Shown piece by piece: positions 8,785 to 18,278 of a stretch of 64,000 nt of DNA (positions within the stretch are counted from its first letter, which is position 1; every line of letters starts with the position of its first letter). The notes under the pieces are model-generated. The model was given only the letters and a program-made list of their open reading frames with translations. It made no database searches and was not told the DNA's origin. The translations under genes and the position numbers were made by a program. The DNA comes from Bacteroidota bacterium (GTDB lineage Bacteria; Bacteroidota; Bacteroidia; NORP154). Location of the stretch: the NCBI GenBank assembly GCA_043811005.1, contig JBDRNO010000218.1, positions 6,925 to 70,924 of the forward strand. Direction: 5' to 3'.

Positions 8785-9651
8785 TTACAATTCCGTTAAT
8801 TTCCCATAAGTCTCAGGTCTTCTGTCCCTGAAAAACTGCCATGTTGAGCGGACTTCATCTATCATATCGAGATCAAATTCCGCCACCAGCAACTCATCCT
8901 TATCTTCAGAAGCTTCAGCAATGATCTTACCTTTTGGGTCTACAAAATATGAAGTTCCATAGAACTTACCCAAATTCCACGGTTTCTCCTCCCCTACCCT
9001 GTTGATACATCCCAAAAAGTAACCGTTGGCAACGGCATGGGCGGGTTGCTCTAACTTCCATAAATATTGGGATAATCCTGCAACCGTAGCAGACGGATTA
9101 TATACTATTTCCGCCCCGTTCAGCCCGAGCACTCGCGCTCCATCGGGGAAGTGCCTGTCATAGCAAATATAAACACCGACTTTTGCATACTTGGTATCAA
9201 ACACAGGATAGCCCAGGTTCCCGGGTTTAAAAAAGAACTTTTCCCAGAACCCCGTTGTGTGAGGTATATGGTTTTTCCTGTACTTACCCAAATATTCGCC
9301 TCCGGCATCTATCACGGCAGCGGTATTGTACAAAAAACCGGGTTTTTCCTTTTCATAAACAGGTACAACGATGACCATATCATATTTTCTTGCATATTCC
9401 TGCAATTTTTCCGTTGTTGGGCCGGGAACAGACTCGGCAGATTCATACCACTTCTTATCCTGTCCGGGACAAAAATATGGCGTATTAAAAATTTCCTGCA
9501 GGCAAAGGATCTGAACACCCTGTTTACCTGCATCTTCAATATAAGGAATATGTTTTTGGTACATCGCATCCATTATCTCCTGGATTGTACCCTCTCCCTC
9601 GGTCATAGGGAGTGACATTTGAATCAAACCTGATTTGATTTTTCTTGGCAT
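8785..9651 (-). CDS. Beta-ureidopropionase-like carbon-nitrogen hydrolase (nitrilase superfamily)
   Basis: 288 aa. Glu-Lys-Cys triad contexts LCLQEIF, YRKNHIP, VGVYICYDRHFPD. Segment PYFC..WYESAESVPGPTTEKLQEYARKYDMVIVVPVYEKE resembles beta-alanine synthases. Adjacent to dihydropyrimidinase. Confidence 0.75.
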   Translation of the reverse strand: MPRKIKSGLIQMSLPMTEGEGTIQEIMDAMYQKHIPYIEDAGKQGVQILCLQEIFNTPYFCPGQDKKWYESAESVPGPTTEKLQEYARKYDMVIVVPVYEKEKPGFLYNTAAVIDAGGEYLGKYRKNHIPHTTGFWEKFFFKPGNLGYPVFDTKYAKVGVYICYDRHFPDGARVLGLNGAEIVYNPSATVAGLSQYLWKLEQPAHAVANGYFLGCINRVGEEKPWNLGKFYGTSYFVDPKGKIIAEASEDKDELLVAEFDLDMIDEVRSTWQFFRDRRPETYGKLTEL

Positions 9652-9756
9652 GGTTATTAGTTTAGAGTTTAATTTGTTAAAAAGGTTTTGAAGCTATTGT
9701 TTTTTACCACTCACTAAGAACACTTAGTTTCGCTAAGTTTTTATTTAAGTTATTCA

Positions 9757-11139
9757 TTATATGATCAGGGAAGTTTTTCCTCTTTTAATAAATTGCCCAC
9801 ATCCTTTGCCGATCTTAACTTCTCCATCATCTATAGCAACCTTTCCCCTTAACAAAACTGTCTTGCATTTGCCTGTCACTTCCCACCCTTCATAGCCAGA
9901 GTAATCACAGTTCATGTGGTGTGTATCAACAGAAAGGGTGTGCTTTTCTTCAGGATCAAATATAATTAAATCAGCATCAGAGCCAATAGCTATACTTCCT
10001 TTTTTGGGGGATAAACCAAATATTTTAGCTGCGTTTGTTGATGTAACCTCCACAAATTTGTTCAAACTGATCCTGCCCTTTTCAACTCCTTCCGAATATA
10101 TAAGTTCCATCCTGTGTTCAATACCCGGCATACCATTAGGTATCTTTGAAAAGTCATCCTTACCCATTTTCTTCTGCTCAAAAGTAAATGGTGCATGGTC
10201 GGTACCTATAACCTGTACAAGCCCCTGGTTCAATCCAGCCCATAATGTTTCCCGGTCTTTCTTTTCCCGCAGTGGGGGGCTCATCACCCATTTGGCACCA
10301 TCAAAATCTTTCTCATAAAGGGAAGCATCGAGTAGGAGATACTGAGGGCAAGTTTCCACAAATACCTTTTGATTCCTCAATGTTGCATTGCGCACTGCAT
10401 TCAGCGCACCTTCGCAGGTAAGGTGAACGATATATGCAGATACTCCGGTGTGGTTAGCCATGTCAATAAAGCGCCTGGATGCTTCGGCTTCGGTTATCTC
10501 GGGCTGGGACAGGTAATGGTATAACGGAGACAGTTTCCCTTCGGCTCTATGTTTTGCAACAAGATTATCTATTATATCCCCGTTAGTTGCATGAACCTGA
10601 ACAAGACCACCGAGCTCCTTCATCTGCTTCATCAGGGCTACCATCTGCCCGTCATCTATCATTAAAGCGCCCTTATATGCCATAAAGGTTTTAAAGGATG
10701 TTATTCCTTCCTTCTCAATAATATCTACCAACTCCATGCTTATCTTTTCGTTATAATCAGTAATGGCAATGTGGAATGAATAATCACCAAAGGTGTTTCC
10801 TTCTGACCTCCCACGCCATTCTTCAAGGGCTGAGGAAAGCGACTTTCCCTGCGTTTGTATTACATAGTCAATTACAGTCGTTGTTCCACCATGCAGGGCA
10901 GCACGGGTGCCGGTCTCATAGTTATCGCTTGTGAATGTTCCCATGAAAGGCATGTCAAGGTGAACGTGAGGGTCAATACCGCCCGGAAATACTAATTTGT
11001 CTGAGGCATCAATGGTTTGGTCTGCTTCAATATTCAAACCCTTTCCAATAGTAGAAATTGTTTCTCCTTCAATGAAGATATCGGCAATATAATCATCAGA
11101 TGCTGTGATGATCCTGCCGTTTTTGATCAGTATACTCAT
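9757..11139 (-). CDS. Dihydropyrimidinase / D-hydantoinase (cyclic amidohydrolase)
   Basis: 460 aa. Metal-binding GGIDPHVHLDMPF, carboxylated-Lys context SFKTFMAYKG, VHATNGD, GTDHAP motifs. Confidence 0.85.
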   Translation of the reverse strand: MSILIKNGRIITASDDYIADIFIEGETISTIGKGLNIEADQTIDASDKLVFPGGIDPHVHLDMPFMGTFTSDNYETGTRAALHGGTTTVIDYVIQTQGKSLSSALEEWRGRSEGNTFGDYSFHIAITDYNEKISMELVDIIEKEGITSFKTFMAYKGALMIDDGQMVALMKQMKELGGLVQVHATNGDIIDNLVAKHRAEGKLSPLYHYLSQPEITEAEASRRFIDMANHTGVSAYIVHLTCEGALNAVRNATLRNQKVFVETCPQYLLLDASLYEKDFDGAKWVMSPPLREKKDRETLWAGLNQGLVQVIGTDHAPFTFEQKKMGKDDFSKIPNGMPGIEHRMELIYSEGVEKGRISLNKFVEVTSTNAAKIFGLSPKKGSIAIGSDADLIIFDPEEKHTLSVDTHHMNCDYSGYEGWEVTGKCKTVLLRGKVAIDDGEVKIGKGCGQFIKRGKTSLII

Positions 11140-11227
11140 GTTGCTATTTTTTGAGACTGTGTTTATTTAATTATAATTTTGTACGAAAATAAAAAAAAGG
11201 AGCTTATAAATTTACATAATATTTACA

Positions 11228-13234
11228 ATGAATAAAGTAAGTTATTTATATCCACACAAGCTGGAGCAATTAAGAAAGTTCTCCTCCCGGCTTAACAGAA
11301 TGATGAATAATGGTTCTTTTTACCGTTTGTCATCACACAGACGTTATGTGCTCATTCAAAGGATCAAAAGGTTATATCGTCAATTGCAGAACTATATTCC
11401 TGAATTTAGATTAAAACACATACTTGGATCTGCAGCTCTTTTGCTTATAATGAATACAAAAATATCCAGCGCTCAAACATTTGGGCCTCCTCAAATAAAC
11501 CCTTTTGGATTAACCAACACCAATAATTCATTCCCAACTTTTGTTGATATTGATAGCGATGGCGACTATGATGCTTTTGTAGGTGAGTACTATGGCTTGA
11601 TAAAATACTTTAAGAATAATGGTAACAATACTAATCCATCATTTGCCGCACCTCAAACCAATCCATTTGGATTAGCTAGTGCTTTTTATCTTGCTGCTCC
11701 ATCTTTTGCTGATATTGACGATGATGGAGACCTTGATGCTTTTATTGGAGAAGGATATGGTGCAATAAGATATTTTGAGAATACAGGTAATAATACTGCC
11801 CCGGCTTTCGCTTCACCTCAAGTCAATCCTTTCGGATTGACAAATACCGACTACTATGCTTTCCCAACACATACAGACATTGACAGTGATGGAGACTACG
11901 ATATTTTTGTCGGGGAATACTACGGTGCTATTAAATATTTTGAAAACACGGGTTCCAGTACCTCACCAGCATTTGCATCACAACAGACAAATCCTTTTGG
12001 ATTAACAAATGTCGCAGGATATATTTCAACGCCATCTTTCGTTGATATTGACTGTGACGGTGACTTTGATGCTTTCATAGGCGGAGAGGATTATGGCAGC
12101 ATTACTTATTTTGAAAATACCGGATCAAACACTGCTCCTTCATTTGCTCCAGCTACATCCAATCCCTTTGGTATAAAAAGCACTGGTGGTTTTGCTGCCC
12201 CAAGTTTCGCAGATATTGACGGTGACGGGGATTTTGACCTTTTTATTGGGAATTACAACGGTTCCATTATTTATTATGAGAACACAACAACACCTGATTG
12301 TCCCTCACCTATCAGTCTGTCAGCAGACAATATCTCCTTAAACACAGCAGATCTATCATGGGCATCTACTAATCCCGGCACTGCCTATACACTTGAATAT
12401 GGACCTTCAGGATTTACACCCGGATCAGGAATCACGTTAGCTGGAACATCTGCTACCGGTGTTAATTCACAAAGCATATCCGGCTTGAATGCCACAACTC
12501 TATATGAATTCTACATTCAGGAAGACTGCGGTTCAGGCAATTACAGTGATAATGTTGGTCCGCTTTTATTCGCAACATCACCTGCAAATGACAATTGTAT
12601 TGGTGCAATACCTGTTAATTGCGGAGATATATTCTATGGATCAACCGTTAGTGCCACTACCGATACTCCAGATAGCTGTGGCACAACCAATGGTACAGGT
12701 GGCGGGGTATGGTTTTCTTTTACGGGAACAGGCGATACTATTAATGCTTCCCTATGCAATAGCAATTACGATACGAAAATAAGGGTGTATACCGGTACAT
12801 GCGGTTCATTAGTATGTATAACAGGCATTGACGATACCTGCGGGCTTCAATCAGAAGTTGAATGGCTCTCCCTTATGGATACTACATATTACATTCTCGT
12901 ACATGGATATGGCGATGAAGAAGGATTCTTTACCTTAAATATGTGTAATGCCATTAGTTCTATTAATGAAAGTATCCCGGAATTAAATTTTAATATTTAT
13001 CCCAACCCTGTTAGTCAAAACTTTAATATTGAAATAAGAGGAAAAAGGAATTTGAATAGTTCAACGTTAGAAATATATAATACCATCGGTCAGATAATGC
13101 TTAGGGAAAAACTCAGGGGTTGGTCTAACAAATATCATAAGGAAATTAGCACGGATGGTTTTACCAAGGGGATTTACTTCGTAAGATTAATATCAGAAGA
13201 TTATATTGTTGTCCGCAAGTTGATAATTCAGTAA
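11228..13234 (+). CDS. Secreted FG-GAP/VCBS-repeat protein with T9SS type A C-terminal sorting domain
   Basis: 668 aa. Six ~57-aa repeats NPFGL..P.F.DID.DGD.D.F.GE.YG.I.YFEN.G; FN3-like segment; C-terminal IYPNPVSQNFNIEI...GIYFVRL...KLIIQ sorting domain. Signal-like hydrophobic stretch only at aa ~65-82, so the true start is uncertain. Confidence 0.8.
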   Translation: MNKVSYLYPHKLEQLRKFSSRLNRMMNNGSFYRLSSHRRYVLIQRIKRLYRQLQNYIPEFRLKHILGSAALLLIMNTKISSAQTFGPPQINPFGLTNTNNSFPTFVDIDSDGDYDAFVGEYYGLIKYFKNNGNNTNPSFAAPQTNPFGLASAFYLAAPSFADIDDDGDLDAFIGEGYGAIRYFENTGNNTAPAFASPQVNPFGLTNTDYYAFPTHTDIDSDGDYDIFVGEYYGAIKYFENTGSSTSPAFASQQTNPFGLTNVAGYISTPSFVDIDCDGDFDAFIGGEDYGSITYFENTGSNTAPSFAPATSNPFGIKSTGGFAAPSFADIDGDGDFDLFIGNYNGSIIYYENTTTPDCPSPISLSADNISLNTADLSWASTNPGTAYTLEYGPSGFTPGSGITLAGTSATGVNSQSISGLNATTLYEFYIQEDCGSGNYSDNVGPLLFATSPANDNCIGAIPVNCGDIFYGSTVSATTDTPDSCGTTNGTGGGVWFSFTGTGDTINASLCNSNYDTKIRVYTGTCGSLVCITGIDDTCGLQSEVEWLSLMDTTYYILVHGYGDEEGFFTLNMCNAISSINESIPELNFNIYPNPVSQNFNIEIRGKRNLNSSTLEIYNTIGQIMLREKLRGWSNKYHKEISTDGFTKGIYFVRLISEDYIVVRKLIIQ

Positions 13235-13305
13235 CAAATAGAAGGATTTTAAAACAGCGGGTAAGTATTATGTAATATTATGTCAACTCTATCAACTTAT
13301 TGATT

Positions 13306-14133
13306 TTATATAAACTCTCTTAATACCTTTAAATTAACCTCATCCATATTTTTTTCCTTAGGAGTTTCCAATACCTTGGGGATATCAGGGAATTGTTTCA
13401 TGATTTGCTTGAAAGGTTCAATGCCTATTTTGCCTTTGCCAATATGTTCGTGCCTGTCCACCCTGCTGCCCAAATCAGCTTTTGAGTCATTTAAGTGAAT
13501 CACTTTAAGATTTTGCAATCCTATGATCTTATCCCATTTCTCCATAGTATCCTCAAATCCTCCTTTAGTCCTGATATCATAACCCGCGGCAAAAGCGTGG
13601 CAGGTATCAAAACAGGCGCCAATCCTTTCAGAGCTTACCATGTCCATGATCTCCCTTAAATGTTCAAATGTTCTGCCAATACTTGATCCCTGTCCAGCCA
13701 TATTTTCCAACAATATCATAACATTGGAATAATTCGTTTCATCAATAATTTCCTTCAGCGCTTCAGCAATGTTTTTAATACCTTCATGCTCACTCAACTC
13801 TTTTGGAAAGCCCGGATGTAATATGGTGAACTTTAATCCCAGGTCGTGGCATCTCTGCACCTCCCCTACCATCGCCCTGATGGCATTAACTTTTTTAACC
13901 TTATCGGGATTGGCTAAGTTTACCAGGTAAGAAGCATGAGAAAAGGCAATTTTGATATTTGCTTTATTAAAGCCGGTCTTGAATTTGTCCTGCTCTTCTT
14001 TCGTGAACTGCTTTTCTTTCCACTGCCGTTGGTTCTTGGTGAATATTTGAAAAGCATCAATTCCCAATGATGCAGCTTCCTCACAGGCATTATGAACGCC
14101 TCCGCTTATTGAACAATGAACACCAAGTAGCAT
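13306..14133 (-). CDS. nfo: Endonuclease IV (deoxyribonuclease IV)
   Basis: 275 aa; HASYLVNLA, HPG, LENMAGQGSSIG, CFDTCHAFAAGYD, HLNDSK..GSRVDRHEHIGKG motifs. Confidence 0.9.
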   Translation of the reverse strand: MLLGVHCSISGGVHNACEEAASLGIDAFQIFTKNQRQWKEKQFTKEEQDKFKTGFNKANIKIAFSHASYLVNLANPDKVKKVNAIRAMVGEVQRCHDLGLKFTILHPGFPKELSEHEGIKNIAEALKEIIDETNYSNVMILLENMAGQGSSIGRTFEHLREIMDMVSSERIGACFDTCHAFAAGYDIRTKGGFEDTMEKWDKIIGLQNLKVIHLNDSKADLGSRVDRHEHIGKGKIGIEPFKQIMKQFPDIPKVLETPKEKNMDEVNLKVLREFI

Positions 14134-14161
14134 TTAATTTATACCTTTTTTATTAATAATT

Positions 14162-15514
14162 TTATACACAATACCCATCAGCTATATCAATTGCCCGTGA
14201 GATAATTTCAAGACCTTCATCAATCTGCTCTTTAGTTATGCAGAGTGGTGGTGCAATGAATATCCAGTTCCACCGCACGAATGTAAACATGCCTGATTCA
14301 CGGATAAGGGCAGCCATTTTGTTAGTTACTTCCATTTCATTGGGTTTGGCATTCCAGGGTGTTATGGGTTCTTTTGTTTCGCGATTTTTTACCAGTTCAA
14401 TACAGCCAAATAAGCCGGTGTTTCGAAAATCACCAATAGAGGGGTGTTTTGTCTTCATTACCTCTACACGTTTCTCAAGATATTTTCCCATGTTTGCAGC
14501 ATTTTCTATAAGGTTTTCTTCCTCATAAACTTCAATTGTTGCCAAAGCAGCAGCACATGACACAGCATGGGCGGAATATGTCAGTCCTAAAGGCAGGGAT
14601 TTGTCATTAAAATAATTGGCAATTTCTTCTTTTACTATCATTGCACCTAATGGAATATAACCTGAGGTCAAACCCTTTGCCATGCACATAATATCCGGCT
14701 CCACTCCATGATGGTCAATACCAAACCATTTGCCTGTTCTGCCAAATCCGCTCATTACTTCGTCATCAATGATCAGGATACCGTATTTATCGGCAATGGC
14801 TTTTATCATTTTCCAGTAGCCGGGAGGGTATTTTATACAGCCGGACGAGCCGGATTCACCTTCCAGCAGTATGGCAGCAACACTGTCGGGGTTCTCAAAC
14901 CGTATCACCCGCTCAACATGTTCCGCTGCTTTCCGTGCGCACTCTTCAAGGGTTTTACTGCCCCATGGACAGCGGTAGAAATAGGGATTTTCAATATGAA
15001 CAATATTAGGCATCTGTTGGCTGTCAACAGGGTGTTTCCTGGGATCGCCACCTGCAGATATCGCTCCGTAAGTTGCTCCGTGATATGAACGGTATTGAGC
15101 AATGATCTTATGCCTTCCAGTGAATAATCGTGCCAGCTTGATCGCATTTTCGATGGCTTCAGCTCCTCCAAGTGTATAAAATGTCTTTTTTAATCCACCA
15201 GGGGTGATCTCTGCAAGTTTTTTTCCTAATTCACCTCTTACTTTTGTGATCATTCCCGGATAAACATAGCTCACTTCTTCCATTTGCTTCATAACAGCTT
15301 GCCGCACTTTAGGATGTCCATGACCTATGTTCACATTCATCAACTGTGATGAAAAATCGAGATAACGCTTGCCGTCCCTGTCATAAACATAAACGCCCCC
15401 GGCTCTTTCTATATTTATGGGATCCAACCCACTCTGCTTGGACCAGGAGAAAAGTGTGTAATTAAGGTTATTTTGCAGTATCTGGTCTTTTTCTGAGATC
15501 GTTTTTATTTGCAT
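14162..15514 (-). CDS. Class-III (omega) aminotransferase, likely beta-alanine/omega-amino acid:pyruvate transaminase
   Basis: 450 aa; YTLGGAEAIENAIKLAR, IIDDEVMSGFGRTGKWF, CMAKGLTSGY (PLP lysine context). Genomic context with pyrimidine-catabolic genes. Confidence 0.8.
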   Translation of the reverse strand: MQIKTISEKDQILQNNLNYTLFSWSKQSGLDPINIERAGGVYVYDRDGKRYLDFSSQLMNVNIGHGHPKVRQAVMKQMEEVSYVYPGMITKVRGELGKKLAEITPGGLKKTFYTLGGAEAIENAIKLARLFTGRHKIIAQYRSYHGATYGAISAGGDPRKHPVDSQQMPNIVHIENPYFYRCPWGSKTLEECARKAAEHVERVIRFENPDSVAAILLEGESGSSGCIKYPPGYWKMIKAIADKYGILIIDDEVMSGFGRTGKWFGIDHHGVEPDIMCMAKGLTSGYIPLGAMIVKEEIANYFNDKSLPLGLTYSAHAVSCAAALATIEVYEEENLIENAANMGKYLEKRVEVMKTKHPSIGDFRNTGLFGCIELVKNRETKEPITPWNAKPNEMEVTNKMAALIRESGMFTFVRWNWIFIAPPLCITKEQIDEGLEIISRAIDIADGYCV

Positions 15515-15595
15515 ATTATGAATGTTTTATTTGTTTATTTTCACTATTGTCCTAATAAATTTAAAAATTCAGATAAGGTCATCTATAAATATCAT

Positions 15596-15767
15596 GAGAT
15601 TCCTCTCCGCCAGCCGGCGGATCGGAATGACAGTCTTATTTAGAGTAAGGGGTGGGGGTAAGGGCGCGCTTTGCGCGCCCTTACTCCCACTTTCCCAACA
15701 TAACATAGTTGTCATTCCGAACGTAGCGAGGTCCCTCGTTCCTTGGGATAAACTCCGTGAGGAATCT
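15596..15767. repeat. Composite GC-rich REP-like palindromic element
   Basis: Outer arms gagattcctc..tccgccagccggcgga..tcggaatgacag (15596-15633) and gtcattccga...gtgaggaatct (15711-15767) are inverted at their termini. Central 18-bp stem gtgggggtaagggcgcgc-ttt-gcgcgcccttactcccac (15652-15690, one mismatch). A related copy lies at 26727-26769. Confidence 0.7.
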
Positions 15768-16019
15768 GTTATAATAAAATCTTATTTCATTTTTAAAATA
15801 TTCTTCCAAACCTTCTTCAGCTAAATTGGTCACTTCTTGATTTTTTCTTGCCCGTTTAAAGGAACGAACATATTTCAATCTTTTTAACTTTTCAAGAAAT
15901 CTTTTTAATGCAGTTTCCAATATTTGGTTTTTATTCTTATTTGATTTTTTTGCATAATAATCCAGTTCATTCAATAATTCTTTTGACAACGTACTGGTAA
16001 AAACTGTAGAATTTTTCAT
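15681..16019 (-). CDS. Ribbon-helix-helix (CopG-like) small protein; C-terminal ~30 aa read into the REP-like element
   Basis: N-terminal TSTLSKELLNELDYYAKKSNKNKNQILETALKRFLE is RHH-like. The last third (..IPRNEGPRYVRNDNYVMLGKWE) is encoded by the repeat at 15681-15767. Confidence 0.5.
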   Translation of the reverse strand: MKNSTVFTSTLSKELLNELDYYAKKSNKNKNQILETALKRFLEKLKRLKYVRSFKRARKNQEVTNLAEEGLEEYFKNEIRFYYNRFLTEFIPRNEGPRYVRNDNYVMLGKWE

Positions 16020-16041
16020 AGATATATTTATAAAATTAACC

Positions 16042-17511
16042 TCAGCTCATCCATCCAGTTTTAGCTTCCGGGTTCCACTTGGTGGTTGTCTTTTTGAGCT
16101 TTGTCCAGAATTCTATTGAGCTTTTACCCGTGATGTCACAAACGCCAAACTTGCTATCGTTCCAACCGCCAAATGAGAACGGTTCACGAGGAACGGGAAC
16201 GCCAATATTCACTCCGATCATTCCTGCGCTTGCCCTCTCCTTAACTTCTCTTGCTAAGCCACCGCTTTGTGTATATACTACGGCTGCATTTCCATAGTTT
16301 GAGCTGTTCTCAATCTCAATTGCCTCATCCATATCTTTGACACGAATAATAATAATAACAGGACCGAACACTTCCTCTTTGGCTATTGCCATACCAGGTG
16401 TTACCTGATCAATGAGAGTTGGTCCAAGATAAAATCCACCTTCTTTGCCTTTAACAACAGCATTTCTGCCATCAACCAAAACCTTAGCGCCTGCTTGTTC
16501 GGCTTCAGCAATACTCCTTTCAATTCGCTCTTTGGCTTGTTTGGAAATAATAGCTCCCATATTATCACCCGGTATAATTTTTTTTGCTTCTACACACATT
16601 CTATCCACGATATGGTCAACATCTCCAACACCAACCATAACAGCAGCAGCCATACACCTTTGTCCTGCACAGCCAGACATGGAAGCTACCACATCAGAAG
16701 CTGTCATTTCAAGATGTGCATCTGGTAATACAATCAGGTGATTCTTAGCCCCTCCCAAGGCAACACATCTCTTCAGGTTTGAAGTTGCCCTCTTGTAAAC
16801 AATCTTAGCAACCTTTGTTGAGCCCACAAAAGAAACCGCTTCAATACCCGGATGGTCACATATCGCTTCAACGATCTCTTTATCACCATTCACAACATTA
16901 AAAACACCATCAGGCAGACCTGCTTCTTTAAGCATTTGTGCTATTCTTATAGAGCTGATTGGGACTTGTTCGGATGGTTTCAATATCATACAATTTCCCA
17001 AAGCTATTATATTGGGTATAGTCCAGTGAGGGACCATGTGTGGAAAATTGAAAGGACTGATAGAAGCTACAACACCCAATGGCTTTTGATCCACCCTGCA
17101 TTCAACCCCCTTGCTGACTTCCATAACCTCACCTGCCACAAATTGCGGTAATGAACAGGCAAATTCAGTCAATTCTACACTTTTTCCCACCTCTGCTGTG
17201 GCTTCGCCCATGGTTTTTCCGTTCTCTTCGTGTACTATTGCAGCTAATTCTTTCATGTGCTTTTCCACTAAGGTTTTATAACGGTAAAACACCTGTACCC
17301 TTTCTTTGATAGGCATGCCTGACCATCCCGGGAAAACCGCCCATGCAGCTTTTACCGCTTCATCCAGGTCTTCGGCTTTTGATAAAGGAACGGTTGAAAT
17401 GATCTCACCATCAATAGGGCTGATAACGTCTAAAAGCTCATAACTTTTTGAAATAAATTTACCTCCGATGTAATTTTGCACCCCTGGGTATTTTATAGTT
17501 GATATTTCCAT
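16042..17511 (-). CDS. mmsA: CoA-acylating methylmalonate/malonate-semialdehyde dehydrogenase
   Basis: 489 aa aldehyde dehydrogenase. ISPFNFP, ILKPSEQVP, FVGST, ALGGAKNH, catalytic-Cys context GCAGQRCMA typical of MMSDH. Confidence 0.85.
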   Translation of the reverse strand: MEISTIKYPGVQNYIGGKFISKSYELLDVISPIDGEIISTVPLSKAEDLDEAVKAAWAVFPGWSGMPIKERVQVFYRYKTLVEKHMKELAAIVHEENGKTMGEATAEVGKSVELTEFACSLPQFVAGEVMEVSKGVECRVDQKPLGVVASISPFNFPHMVPHWTIPNIIALGNCMILKPSEQVPISSIRIAQMLKEAGLPDGVFNVVNGDKEIVEAICDHPGIEAVSFVGSTKVAKIVYKRATSNLKRCVALGGAKNHLIVLPDAHLEMTASDVVASMSGCAGQRCMAAAVMVGVGDVDHIVDRMCVEAKKIIPGDNMGAIISKQAKERIERSIAEAEQAGAKVLVDGRNAVVKGKEGGFYLGPTLIDQVTPGMAIAKEEVFGPVIIIIRVKDMDEAIEIENSSNYGNAAVVYTQSGGLAREVKERASAGMIGVNIGVPVPREPFSFGGWNDSKFGVCDITGKSSIEFWTKLKKTTTKWNPEAKTGWMS

Positions 17512-17635
17512 AACTTAAATATTAAAATGATTTGATTTGAATTTGATTTTATAACAAACATAAAATTTGAGATAAAATTAAAAATAAAATTTATAATTTT
17601 GCTTAATTATAAATTCTCTTAAGAAAATAAAACAT

Positions 17636-17854
17636 ATGGAAAGAATTACTATTAATCCGGAAATTTGTCACGGAAAACCTTGCATAAGAGGGATGAGATG
17701 GCCAGTTGAGGTTGTTTTAGATATGCTTTGTTCTGAAATGACAATAAACGAAATATTAAAAGACCATCCTGAACTTGAAAAAGAAGATATAATTGCAAGT
17801 TTGAATTATGCAAAATTATTAGTTTCAGGTAATGCGATTAAGAACGTTGCATAA
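17636..17854 (+). CDS. DUF433 protein (antitoxin-like)
   Basis: 72 aa; ITINPEICHGKPCIRGMRWPVEVVLDML is the DUF433 signature. Its stop overlaps the start of the next gene (ATAATG). Confidence 0.7.
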   Translation: MERITINPEICHGKPCIRGMRWPVEVVLDMLCSEMTINEILKDHPELEKEDIIASLNYAKLLVSGNAIKNVA

Positions 17855-18210
17855 TGAAAATACTGTGCGATGTACATATTTCTTACAAAATTGTTGATTT
17901 TTTTAACAATAAAGGGATTGAAGCCGTTCATGTAAATAATATTCTTGATAAATGGCATACAACAGATCAGGACATTTGTAAATATGCCAATGAAAATAAT
18001 TATGTTGTTGTCAGTAAAGATGTTGATTTTAGAAACAGTTATTTTTTACAAAAAACGCCTAAAAAATTAATTCGAGTTAACCTTGGTAATATTACAAACA
18101 GTGAACTGATTAAAATATTCAACAACAATTTAGCTCTTTTTGAAAAAATTTTTGATAAGGAAAGATTTTATATTGAGATTAATAAAGAAAATATATTTGT
18201 ATCAAGTTAA
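17854..18210 (+). CDS. DUF5615 / Mut7-C-like PIN-fold protein (toxin-like partner of DUF433)
   Basis: 118 aa; MKILCDVHISYKIVDFF..GIEAVHV pattern; translationally coupled to the DUF433 gene. Confidence 0.65.
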   Translation: MKILCDVHISYKIVDFFNNKGIEAVHVNNILDKWHTTDQDICKYANENNYVVVSKDVDFRNSYFLQKTPKKLIRVNLGNITNSELIKIFNNNLALFEKIFDKERFYIEINKENIFVSS

Positions 18211-18278
18211 TAATATTTGGTTAAGTTTTATATTCAATCATAATCTTCTATTCAAGGTTCCTCATATTTTTGTAGAAC

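Noticed and set aside
9151-9615. Long antisense ORFs (e.g. 9151..9615, 9914..10318, 14708..15088, 22454..22874, 23565..24002, 47099..47614, 48388..48831)
   Set aside because: They are shadow ORFs opposite strongly supported genes. They are low-complexity or compositionally odd, and no motifs were recognised.
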